Origin: Candidatus Thorarchaeota archaeon
GTDB taxonomy: Archaea; Asgardarchaeota; Thorarchaeia; Thorarchaeales; Thorarchaeaceae
Assembly (NCBI GenBank): GCA_003345555.1
Contig: PRDJ01000041.1
Span: 60,001 to 92,000 of the forward strand
Direction of reading: 5' to 3'
Length of the DNA: 32,000 bases
The stretch's first letter is position 1. Each line of letters begins with the position of its first letter. Below are positions 7,680 to 16,481 of the stretch, one piece after another. The notes below the pieces were generated by a model, which saw nothing but the letters and a program-made list of their open reading frames with translations, did no database searches and was not told the origin of the DNA. A program made the position numbers and the translations under genes.

Positions 7680-8750
7680 CTATTTCGAAAGCTTCTGCTT
7701 CTCCTTCTCAATCTCTTCGGCGCGCTTCTGCTTCTCCTTCTCAATCTCTTCGATGCGTTTCTTCTTGGCCTCTTCGGCCTTCTTAATCTGCTTGTCCTTT
7801 TCATCGATGCGCTTCTCTGCTACAGACAGCTCCTTCTTTCTGATGCCTTCTGCATTCTTGTACTCTTTATCCGCATCGTCCCACTCTTTCTTCGCGGAAT
7901 GGGCCTCGCGCTCTGCGCTGTCAAGACGAGCTCTCTTTGCATCTGCGACAGCACGATAGCGCTCGACCTCTGCATCGAAACGGACACGCGTCTTATCGAG
8001 ATCTTGCTCAAGCTGTTGACGCTCGACCACAAAGCGCCTTATGTCGAACTCGAATTTCCTGGTTTTCTCATCCTTTAGATATTCACTCTCTGCAGCTGAG
8101 ACTGCTGATGCAGCCACCGAGGAAACGGGCCGCTCGGCCGCCCTCTCTTCAGGTCGAGAGGGCAATCGCTCTTCGACCAAAGATGCTGCGGGGGTCTCGA
8201 ATCCTGCCTCTCTCGAAGACGCAGATTCAGCTTTCGCCTCAGGTGAAGATGGGGCTAGAACCACTGCAGAAGGTTCCGGCTGTGCACCTTTCTCCTTCTT
8301 CGCCCGGGCCTCAGCTTCTCTAACCTTCTCAAGAACCATTCTGAGAGCCTCTCTTCCTTCCTCGGACTTGACTTCCGGTCCCGCGGCAGTTGCACCTACG
8401 CTTGCAGGTGCAAGAGGTTTCTCCTCCACAGAAGCGGGAGCCTCATCTTTCGCACGTGATTCTGCTACAAGGCCTTCAATTCCAGCTGCCCTAGGCATCC
8501 TCTCGCCTTGCTCACCAGGCTGAACGAAACCGCCGGTCTCCGCGGTGGTCGGCAATTCACCTGCCGCACCTTCTTCAGCTTGCTTAGAGGGTTGGAGACT
8601 TGCCCCGGTTACTACGCGTCCAGACTCAGGCACATGAGATGGTACCTTAGGCTTGGCTGTCTCTGCGGGAGCAAAGAGAGATGCTCCACATCGAACACAG
8701 AACTTGCGTGTTACATCATTGGCTCTCCCACATTTTGGGCACGTTCTCAA
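7680..8750 (-). CDS. zinc-ribbon protein with low-complexity linker and long C-terminal coiled coil
   Basis: N-terminal CPKC-x13-CVRC, Ala/Glu/Pro/Ser-rich linker, and a ~130-aa E/K/R/A-rich helical C-terminus. Confidence 0.75.
   Translation of the reverse strand: MRTCPKCGRANDVTRKFCVRCGASLFAPAETAKPKVPSHVPESGRVVTGASLQPSKQAEEGAAGELPTTAETGGFVQPGEQGERMPRAAGIEGLVAESRAKDEAPASVEEKPLAPASVGATAAGPEVKSEEGREALRMVLEKVREAEARAKKEKGAQPEPSAVVLAPSSPEAKAESASSREAGFETPAASLVEERLPSRPEERAAERPVSSVAASAVSAAESEYLKDEKTRKFEFDIRRFVVERQQLEQDLDKTRVRFDAEVERYRAVADAKRARLDSAEREAHSAKKEWDDADKEYKNAEGIRKKELSVAEKRIDEKDKQIKKAEEAKKKRIEEIEKEKQKRAEEIEKEKQKLSK
7691..7752. repeat. intragenic tandem repeat: 29-bp exact match with 33-nt period
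   Basis: GCTTCTGCTTCTCCTTCTCAATCTCTTCG at 7691-7719 and 7724-7752. It encodes EEIEKEKQK twice on the - strand. Confidence 0.9.
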
Positions 8751-8868
8751 GATGAATCCGCTCCTTTGTTATACAACGGTGGGCATAATAGAGAAGCATT
8801 GTCAGATATAGATTTGGAGTATCGTCTTGCAGGACCAGATAGGTCAGCCAGTGCCCACCATCCGTGTC

Positions 8869-9927
8869 CTAGCGCTTCTTGTCCTTCTTGTCCTTTGCTT
8901 CCTTCCGAACCCGGACCCCTTTTTGAGAAATGGTAATCTCCTGCCTCTCGAGCTTCAGCTTCTTCTCAAGGTCGACTGTCTTGGCACTCGAGACAATCTC
9001 CTTTCCGGCTGATTCAGCCAATATTCCTTCGGTGCTTACTCGAGTCGTCTTCTTGATAGCTTCCTTCTCAACAACGGTTGCCCCAAGCTTGATGGCCAAG
9101 TGTCCCATCTTCCTTCTAATCCGATCTTGAGAATGCTCGTTCACCACGACGACAGGCACAATGAATGCCATAACGAACAGAGGGACTCCGACGACGAGTG
9201 TAAGAGCACCAAGCAGCTCGGGGAGAGTTGGAACAACATCTGCAGCGAAGTATGGGCCATAGATATAGGTCGTGAACATCGTGATTGGGAATGCGATCAG
9301 CGCGTAGCCACCGAAGATGTTACTGACCCAGCGACCGACCCCCTGCGTGTCGGGACACTGGCGCACTTCGAGCTTGCTGGTCTTGAGGTGGGTCACGATG
9401 CCAGAGTCATTCAGCACCCACGTGGGCATGAATATCAGGAGGGCAATGGGCATGAAAATGAGTGCACTCATTAGAGACAGTGCTGCCTCGCCCAAGAAAG
9501 GACTCTCTGGGAACGGTCCGATCGCAAGGTATCCTGCTATGACTTCACGGAGCATGCTAGCTGAAGCGACACTAAACAGAGCAGGTGCAGCAGCCCTTCG
9601 AATTATGTGCCTGCCTGCAAACACCGGACCGATATTCATGATGTTCATCTCGTAGGATGCGGCTTTCACAGCTCGGTTGACGAACAGAAACATGGACGCG
9701 ATGGGAACGGCAAACAGGAAGTACTCAGCAAACAGCACTGGCAGCGAGATGCCAAGCAGAAGAACAATGAAGCTTGGCATCGTCAGGCCCATGATAGACA
9801 TCGTGCTCCCAGATGGTAGACCAACCGTAACTAGGTATATGATCTGGAGAGCGGATCCTCCTATGACTAGGCAAAACAAAGCAGGCAACACATATCTTCC
9901 TTTGCTCAGAACCACTTGAATCTCCAA
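8869..9927 (-). CDS. multi-pass membrane protein of unknown function with basic C-terminal tail
   Basis: About 6 hydrophobic segments and a Lys/Arg-rich C-terminus. No family recognised. TTG start. Confidence 0.65.
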   Translation of the reverse strand: MEIQVVLSKGRYVLPALFCLVIGGSALQIIYLVTVGLPSGSTMSIMGLTMPSFIVLLLGISLPVLFAEYFLFAVPIASMFLFVNRAVKAASYEMNIMNIGPVFAGRHIIRRAAAPALFSVASASMLREVIAGYLAIGPFPESPFLGEAALSLMSALIFMPIALLIFMPTWVLNDSGIVTHLKTSKLEVRQCPDTQGVGRWVSNIFGGYALIAFPITMFTTYIYGPYFAADVVPTLPELLGALTLVVGVPLFVMAFIVPVVVVNEHSQDRIRRKMGHLAIKLGATVVEKEAIKKTTRVSTEGILAESAGKEIVSSAKTVDLEKKLKLERQEITISQKGVRVRKEAKDKKDKKR

Positions 9928-10045
9928 TCGCTGAAAGAATCATGACTATGTAAACTCATCTACTAAAATGAGCTTCAAGAGGACTCCTACTCGCATAACT
10001 GACGATCAGACAGAACTTGGCGGCCAAGGAAACAATGCCCACTGG

Positions 10046-10714
10046 CTACTGAACCACGAACTCTTCGCCTTCCTTAGGTGCCAAGAATCTAATACCACCC
10101 CTTCGCTCTAGTTTCTTCCTGAAGTCCGAAGTATCCTTGTCCCAATTGTGCATCGGAACAACCAGCCGTGGTTTAATGGCCAAAGCCGCTTCTGCTGCTT
10201 CTGTGTTGTCCATTGTGTAGGTGTCACCGCATGGCAAGAGAGCGACATCTATCGGACCAAGCTCCTTCATCTCAGGAATGACGTCAGTGTCACCTGCATG
10301 ATAGATCGTTCTTCCCTGCACAGTTATGAGATACCCGACGCCAAATCCTCTGGGATGGAAGGGCTTACCGGGAGAGCGAAAGCGCTTGACGTTGTAGGCT
10401 TGGACTGCCTTGACCCTGATACCGCGAACGGTAGTTTCCTCTCCGGCCGTCAGTGACTTGAAGTCCCTGTTAATCTTCTCGGCACAGTCCTTGGGCGCAA
10501 TAATGACTGTGCTATCGCTAAGGAAACTCAAGATAGCATCCGGGTCACAGTGGTCGGCATGAGAGTGGGTCACAAGAACTAGGGTAGCAGGGTCGAATAC
10601 ATCCGGAACACGCTCCACATACTTCTTTGCGCGATACGGATCGACGTAGATCACCTTCCCGTCAGCCTTGATTTCGAAGCCAGCATGTCCTAACCATCGA
10701 AGTGATACAGTCAC
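10046..10714 (-). CDS. MBL-fold metallo-hydrolase
   Basis: WLGHAGF, VDPY, THSHADH (HxHxDH), YHAGDT, ALLPCG and PMHN motifs. Confidence 0.9.
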   Translation of the reverse strand: MTVSLRWLGHAGFEIKADGKVIYVDPYRAKKYVERVPDVFDPATLVLVTHSHADHCDPDAILSFLSDSTVIIAPKDCAEKINRDFKSLTAGEETTVRGIRVKAVQAYNVKRFRSPGKPFHPRGFGVGYLITVQGRTIYHAGDTDVIPEMKELGPIDVALLPCGDTYTMDNTEAAEAALAIKPRLVVPMHNWDKDTSDFRKKLERRGGIRFLAPKEGEEFVVQ

Positions 10715-11100
10715 TACGGTCGCCAGCTATGGAAGATATGTCGGAAGTATATGTGTCTAACCGTTCACCAGAATAGTAGCACAATAGATGACTCCATGCA
10801 AGTCTAACGGTACGATTGTTGAACTCCTAGCCATGGTACAGTCATCCCAACTGGGTCGACAGCTCAGCTTTCCCCGAAACAGCGGTTCGACGATCTGCTA
10901 TTCCGTTTCGCCAGCAGTCTCTTCGCTCCAACACACTGAATCTCTGTCCTGCGATGTATACTAGAGCACCCAATGCTTTGGACTATCGAATGTTGCATCT
11001 CCTTCTTGGTAACCTGAGGAAGCGGAATCTGAACAGCAACATTGAGAAGAAGGCGAAGAGTTGCGCAAGCCTCACTGGGTTTGGGGGATATGACAAGTCA

Positions 11101-11589
11101 ATGCGGATTGACGAATTCGACGTCCCGACAGAGCTTAACTTGCAAGAAGTAACAACGAGGACAATGCAATGGCTGAAAGCCGGCGAACCCGGCACCGATT
11201 ACGTCCTGATGGGAGAGTCAGACCAACAAGCAACAATCAGTAAGGACAAGCGCGACCTCAACATATGCGGCATTTCATTTTGCGAGACTTGCGGGATCAT
11301 CGTCCTGCTGGTCACGCTCATGATAGGAACCATATACTCGGGAGGACTAGACGCCTTCTATTTCCTCGTAGGCATTGTGAATATCGTCGGAATAATCGGA
11401 CTTGTCGGAGGATTCGCATGCTATCTCCTCACTGCTAAGAAGGTCACGTACACATTGAGATTCAGCGAAGGAACACCCTTTAACGTGACAGTCTACGGTG
11501 AGGGGCGAGTGGAAGCGACCAGACGAGACTATGACTCACTCAAGTCCGCCGTCTTGCATGGTCCTCGTCCTCCGCCAGGCCCTTGGTAA
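11101..11589 (+). CDS. hypothetical membrane protein with a central two-TM hairpin
   Basis: Part of ORF 10954..11589. ATG 11101 is preferred because the upstream extension looks non-protein-like. Two TM helices in the middle and a Pro-rich C-terminus. Confidence 0.55.
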   Translation: MRIDEFDVPTELNLQEVTTRTMQWLKAGEPGTDYVLMGESDQQATISKDKRDLNICGISFCETCGIIVLLVTLMIGTIYSGGLDAFYFLVGIVNIVGIIGLVGGFACYLLTAKKVTYTLRFSEGTPFNVTVYGEGRVEATRRDYDSLKSAVLHGPRPPPGPW

Positions 11590-11767
11590 CGCGTACTGCC
11601 CATTGTGCCCGTGGATTCAAGCCTATCCGGTTAAGAAGAAGTAACTATTACGTTCTCATCTCTTTTCAGAATTCATTGCCCATACCGGAGTGCCACGCCA
11701 CCAAGATTGGGCATCCAGAATGCATTTTACTGGCTCTTGACATTGCGCTTGCGGGAGTTGACCCGAA

Positions 11768-13486
11768 ATGATTCTCCTGAATCCGAACCACCTTACTCGC
11801 CCATATCCTGATGAAGCATCAAGAGAAATCATGGAGAAGACCGTTCAGTTCTTTGAGAACAAGGGCAAGGTCAAGCTGAAAAATGATGACCACGCTATGG
11901 TCTGGTATCAGGATTTCCTTGACTTCGTCAAGAAGGAAGAGATATTCTACAAGCTCCTGACGCCGCCGCAATATGGGGACAAGGACTGCCGGTGGGACAC
12001 ATGGCGCAACATGGAATTCAATGAGATTCTTGCTTTCTATGGGCTGCACTACTGGTACACCTGGCAGGTTTCCGCTCTTGGTCTTGGACCTATATGGATG
12101 AGCAAGAATGACGGTGTGAAACGTAAGACTGCTCAGTTGCTGAAGGGTGGTGGAGTATTCGCATTTGGATTGAGCGAAAAACAGCATGGTGCAGATATCT
12201 ACTCGTCAGAAATGCTTCTCAAGGTGCTGGGTGGTGGAAAATACAAAGCAAGAGGAAGCAAGTACTATATTGGCAACGGCAACGTGGCAAGCTTGGTCTC
12301 AGTCTTTGGCAAGAGTGACAAACCAATGGATCCGACTGACGAGAAGTACGGCAAATACGTCTTCTTCGTTGTCAATTCGCAGCATCCCAACTATGAGTGT
12401 GTGAGAAGCCTCGTAGCAGTCCAGTCGTACGTAGCCGAATACAAGCTGAACGATTATCCGCTGACCGATGCAGACATCCTTTCCTTTGGCCGCGATGCTT
12501 GGGACTGTACATTGAACACAGTTAATGTCTGCAAGTTCAATCTGGGTTGGGCATCAATAGGCATCTGTACCCATGCACTCTATGAGGCCATCAACCATGC
12601 TGCAAATCGCTTCCTATACGGTCAGTGGGTTACCGATTTCTCTCACATACGTAGTCTCCTTGTCGACGCCTATGCTCGCCTCGTGGCCATGAAGCTCTAC
12701 GCATTACGTGCAGGTGACTATATGCGGACGGCGTCTCTGCAGGACCGCCGCTACATCCTCTATAACAGTCTGGTAAAGATGAAGGTCACAACCGAAGGAG
12801 AGAAAGTCATCGATTTGCTTTGGGACGTGATCGCGGCCAGAGGTTTCGAAGGTGAAACGTACTTCTCTGCGGCAGCCAGAGACATTCGAGCGCTACCCAA
12901 ATTGGAGGGAACGGTTCATGTCAACATGGCGCAGATTATCAAATTCATGCCAGCCTTCTTCTTCATGCCAGAGAAGTGTGCAGAGATACCGACTGTCAAA
13001 GACGCCAAACATGATGGGTTCATGTTCAACCAGGGACCAACAAAGGGTGCGAGCCAGATACGCTTTCACGACTACCATGAGACATACGACAGTGTGAGCC
13101 TACCTAATATTGACATCTTCAAAGAGCAGGTCCACGTCTTCAACGAGTTCATGACAGATGCCACCCCCACGGAACAACAAGGGGCGGACCTGGATTTCAG
13201 TCTGAACGCGGGCGAACTGTTCACTCTCGTAGTGTATGGACAGCTCGTATTGGAGAACTTCAGGAATTATGATATAAGTGAAGGCTTGCTCGATCAGATA
13301 TTCGACTTCATGGTGCGCGATTTCTCACGATATGCTTTGCAGCTGTACTCCAAACGCAGCACGACAGAGAAACAGCAAGAGATACTCCTGAGATGCATTA
13401 GGAAACCACACGTAGATGAGGAGCGATTCAGACAAGTGTGGGAGGAAGTCTACTCACTGAAAGGCCTCTATGAAATGAGAAAGTAG
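11768..13486 (+). CDS. acyl-CoA dehydrogenase family protein
   Basis: AFGLSEKQHGAD (FAD binding), GSKYYIGNG, VIAARGF and a C-terminal KLEGT motif at the usual catalytic Glu position. Confidence 0.88.
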   Translation: MILLNPNHLTRPYPDEASREIMEKTVQFFENKGKVKLKNDDHAMVWYQDFLDFVKKEEIFYKLLTPPQYGDKDCRWDTWRNMEFNEILAFYGLHYWYTWQVSALGLGPIWMSKNDGVKRKTAQLLKGGGVFAFGLSEKQHGADIYSSEMLLKVLGGGKYKARGSKYYIGNGNVASLVSVFGKSDKPMDPTDEKYGKYVFFVVNSQHPNYECVRSLVAVQSYVAEYKLNDYPLTDADILSFGRDAWDCTLNTVNVCKFNLGWASIGICTHALYEAINHAANRFLYGQWVTDFSHIRSLLVDAYARLVAMKLYALRAGDYMRTASLQDRRYILYNSLVKMKVTTEGEKVIDLLWDVIAARGFEGETYFSAAARDIRALPKLEGTVHVNMAQIIKFMPAFFFMPEKCAEIPTVKDAKHDGFMFNQGPTKGASQIRFHDYHETYDSVSLPNIDIFKEQVHVFNEFMTDATPTEQQGADLDFSLNAGELFTLVVYGQLVLENFRNYDISEGLLDQIFDFMVRDFSRYALQLYSKRSTTEKQQEILLRCIRKPHVDEERFRQVWEEVYSLKGLYEMRK

Positions 13487-13550
13487 GAAATAAAAGACCG
13501 ACACGCGTCTGACAAGCATACTGCGGCCGCCTCAATCTGAGGGATGACAC

Positions 13551-13751
13551 ATGAAACGTAAGCTGATTGGATTGTTGCTGATCCTCGTGGGGTCGATCCT
13601 GTTCTTGGATGAACTGTGGTTCTTTGTGCCAGGCATTGTGCCACACGGTTGGCTCATCGGCGATTGGTCTCAGTTCCATGTGTACCCCTTTCATCACTGG
13701 ATGCTGGGCGTCGCCATGATTGTAGTCGGTCTATGGCTATTGAAGAAGTAG
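13551..13751 (+). CDS. small two-TM protein with His-containing loop
   Basis: 66 aa. Two clear TM helices flanking PHGW...FHVYPFHHW. Purine-rich GAGGGA upstream. Confidence 0.55.
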   Translation: MKRKLIGLLLILVGSILFLDELWFFVPGIVPHGWLIGDWSQFHVYPFHHWMLGVAMIVVGLWLLKK

Positions 13752-13929
13752 GTTCTCGATGCCGTGCTCTCCAAGGGTTTCGTGCGACGACAGGGAGAAG
13801 AACAAGGCATCTCAACATCTGTAATGCAGACGATTCGGCAATCGTGTGGCGCTTAGTAGTGGCGGTCATCCCAAACTTCTTAATGTGGTGGACTCCGGGC
13901 ATCGATAAATCACGGAGAGCGCCCCAGTC

Positions 13930-15420
13930 ATGAGTATAATCGCCCGATTCTTCGGCCTACAGCAGCCCACGGACAAGGCACTCTGGTTAGTGCGAACCAT
14001 GGTTCTTCTAATGCCAACCATGGCGGCCACGTTCATGATTTCCACAACCTTCTGGATGATCTTCATCGCCACCTCGCTGGGCGGCGGCGATCTCATGGCG
14101 GGCTTGCCCTTGATAGGAGTCCTAGTGATAATCCAGCTAGTCATACGGACCGTCTTGGACTATCCTAGCGGCGCCCTCGGAGATTACATTGGCCAAAGAT
14201 ACGTGATCGCAACAGCCCTAACATGCTATGCCATTGGCTTTTGGTTGACATCAACAGTGGACACAGGAACTCCATACATCGTGTTTGTGGCAATATACGT
14301 GGTCCTAGGAGTAGGGCAGTCGCAAGAAAGCGGGGCGTGGGCTGCTTGGTTTGACAATAACTATCGTGTGGCCATGCCTCATGACAAGGACAGAAAGATG
14401 TACGGTGTCATGCAGGGCCGCTCCGGAATGATCTTTCAGATCGTGTCAACCCTTGTTCTTCTTCCAGGAGCTTGGCTTGCTGTAGCCTATACTGAAAGGT
14501 GGGTCTTCAGATTCCAGGGCATCTTATGCCTCTTTCTTGCCCTTATCGTGCTAAGAGTCATTAGGGACTTCCCCGAAGCACAAGCTCTCAGGAAGAAGCA
14601 GAATGCATCATCCGGAGGGTATTCACGTGTCCTCGTTGACGGGTTGAAGTTTGTCGGTTCTAGCCGCTTCGTGTTTTTCATCTTCATGGGCGAGACTGTT
14701 CTCTTCGCAACAGGCATATTGTGGTGGGAAATCATCCTGTTTCCCTTCTACTTTATCTATCTCCTCAGCTACATTGGCATCTCTGGTTTCAGAACCCTTG
14801 TCTTCATACCAAACGTTGCGTCCCAAGAAAGAAGCGGAATCTGGTCACGCAGGTTTGACCCGGTGAAATGGATTCCTCGTCTCAGACTTCTCCAGTTCTG
14901 CGGATTCGTGTTCTACGTGCTGTTATCAGCTACGACCTTCATCTTCAAGCCGCCTGCGCCTGAAGAGGCTCACATGATAATGGTTTTCATCCCACTGACG
15001 AGCATTGCCCTTTTCGAGGTCCCCGCAGAATCAGTAATACCTTTGACGCTTATCTTTATGATTTTCCTACTTGGCGATTTCCTAGGAGCATTCGCCGATG
15101 TGCTAACTCAACGTGTATTGATAGATGTGATTCCGAACAGAATCAGAAACAGCCTATACTCCCTCAGACCTGCCCTCGCCATTCTGTGTGCCGTTCCCTT
15201 AATATGGTTCTTCAGTGTGTTCCTTCCTGCCTACGGATTCGGCTTGACATTCGCCTTGGTAGCAATCGTTGCTCTCGTAGGATCCGCTCTCATCAAGGTC
15301 GGCTTCTCGTACCCAATTCCTAAGGCAAAGGACATTGAGGTTACTATTGAGAAAGTCAGGACGGAAGACAACTTACAAATGTCTGCAGACGATGCAGGTC
15401 GCGACGCAGAGACCACATAG
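13930..15420 (+). CDS. MFS transporter
   Basis: About 12 TM helices. Motif A-like DYPSGALGDYIGQR, plus SQESGAWAAW and DVIPNRIRNSLYSL. Confidence 0.85.
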   Translation: MSIIARFFGLQQPTDKALWLVRTMVLLMPTMAATFMISTTFWMIFIATSLGGGDLMAGLPLIGVLVIIQLVIRTVLDYPSGALGDYIGQRYVIATALTCYAIGFWLTSTVDTGTPYIVFVAIYVVLGVGQSQESGAWAAWFDNNYRVAMPHDKDRKMYGVMQGRSGMIFQIVSTLVLLPGAWLAVAYTERWVFRFQGILCLFLALIVLRVIRDFPEAQALRKKQNASSGGYSRVLVDGLKFVGSSRFVFFIFMGETVLFATGILWWEIILFPFYFIYLLSYIGISGFRTLVFIPNVASQERSGIWSRRFDPVKWIPRLRLLQFCGFVFYVLLSATTFIFKPPAPEEAHMIMVFIPLTSIALFEVPAESVIPLTLIFMIFLLGDFLGAFADVLTQRVLIDVIPNRIRNSLYSLRPALAILCAVPLIWFFSVFLPAYGFGLTFALVAIVALVGSALIKVGFSYPIPKAKDIEVTIEKVRTEDNLQMSADDAGRDAETT

Positions 15421-15599
15421 TCGGTCAATAGGATGCCCGATTATGTGCCAGCTGTGGCGTGTTTACCGCAAGAAGGGAGATGCTCAAGTCCAGTTCCGTC
15501 GTGATATTCGATGGCGCGGACAATTCCGCTACCGATTGTCTTATACTCTCTCGCGAGAGAACAACGGGAATCGATGTGAAGAAAAGGGAGGCGAAAGAG

Positions 15600-16274
15600 A
15601 TGGAAGCACATGACATAGAAGGCCAACTGGTGAGGTGCCCCAGCTGTGGAGCGACGTATTCTTACCGCAGCGACAAGATCGCCACGGACGGTACCGTTCA
15701 GTGCCAGAACTGTGCAAAGTGGCTCTTTGTCCCCTCGAAGCTCGAACAGGACAAGGGTGCATCAGTTAGTGTTTCAGCTGAGAAAGAGGCCTCTGCGCGG
15801 ATACGGAGAAGCAGGCCAATAAGAGACTTTCATATCAAGAGAGACCTGCCGACTGCATTGTACCATGGACTCTATCTGTCTCTGACCATCATCGCGTCAT
15901 TCTGGATTTGGATCTACGTGAACTATTTCGCCGAGTCATTAGGAGGCATCAACGGGTTCTATGTCGGTCTCGCAGTCATTTCATTTGGCATTGTCGAAGT
16001 GGCTGGATACGTGAATGTGTTTCTTGTTCAGAACCTGTGGGAGGTCTATTGCAGAAGAGACTGGCCGGCAGTGCTCACTCACGGCGGCATCCTGACTCTG
16101 TTGCTTATCGCGATCATCTATCCGGGAACATACATTCTGCAATTCGTGAGCGCCCAGTCAATGAATATCCTTGTTCCAGTGGTCGGAGGAATGGCACTTC
16201 TGTACTGGGTCGCGATTGGGCTCATTGGCAGGTTTGTAGCGTACCCATTTGTCGCAGACAAACCTGAAGCATGA
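15600..16274 (+). CDS. MJ0042-type zinc-finger protein fused to a ~4-TM domain
   Basis: VRCPSCGATY...GTVQCQNC followed by hydrophobic helices. Start set at ATG 15600 (GGGAGG at 15586-15591) rather than 15459. Confidence 0.65.
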   Translation: MEAHDIEGQLVRCPSCGATYSYRSDKIATDGTVQCQNCAKWLFVPSKLEQDKGASVSVSAEKEASARIRRSRPIRDFHIKRDLPTALYHGLYLSLTIIASFWIWIYVNYFAESLGGINGFYVGLAVISFGIVEVAGYVNVFLVQNLWEVYCRRDWPAVLTHGGILTLLLIAIIYPGTYILQFVSAQSMNILVPVVGGMALLYWVAIGLIGRFVAYPFVADKPEA

Positions 16275-16481
16275 GCATACCTCTCTGTCGATGGGTTCTG
16301 ACTCAAAGTTCAGGACTGAACGCCCCGGTTATCCCCCCCGCCGTTCGACAACATCATTGCATGGCACGATATATGGGCTTCTTCAAGCACCTAGATAGAG
16401 GCTGAACTTTCCTTCATCATCCGTGCACAATTGGTTGATAACCTTCCAGAGACTAGTGCCACCCAGAGGTGAGAATGTGCC

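Noticed and set aside
7691-7752. Direct repeat considered as a CRISPR remnant
   Set aside because: Only two copies with a 4-nt spacer, in frame within a coding region, and no cas genes nearby.
7525-8523. Long + strand ORFs 7525..7959, 7937..8323 and 8041..8523
   Set aside because: Antisense shadows of the low-complexity coiled-coil gene. The Ser/Phe/Ala-rich translations are what the reverse complement of E/K/A codons gives.
10884-10890. GGTTCGA resembling a tRNA T-loop in the 10715-11100 intergenic region
   Set aside because: The flanks (AGCGG / ATCTG) do not form a T-stem, and no acceptor, D or anticodon arms could be built.
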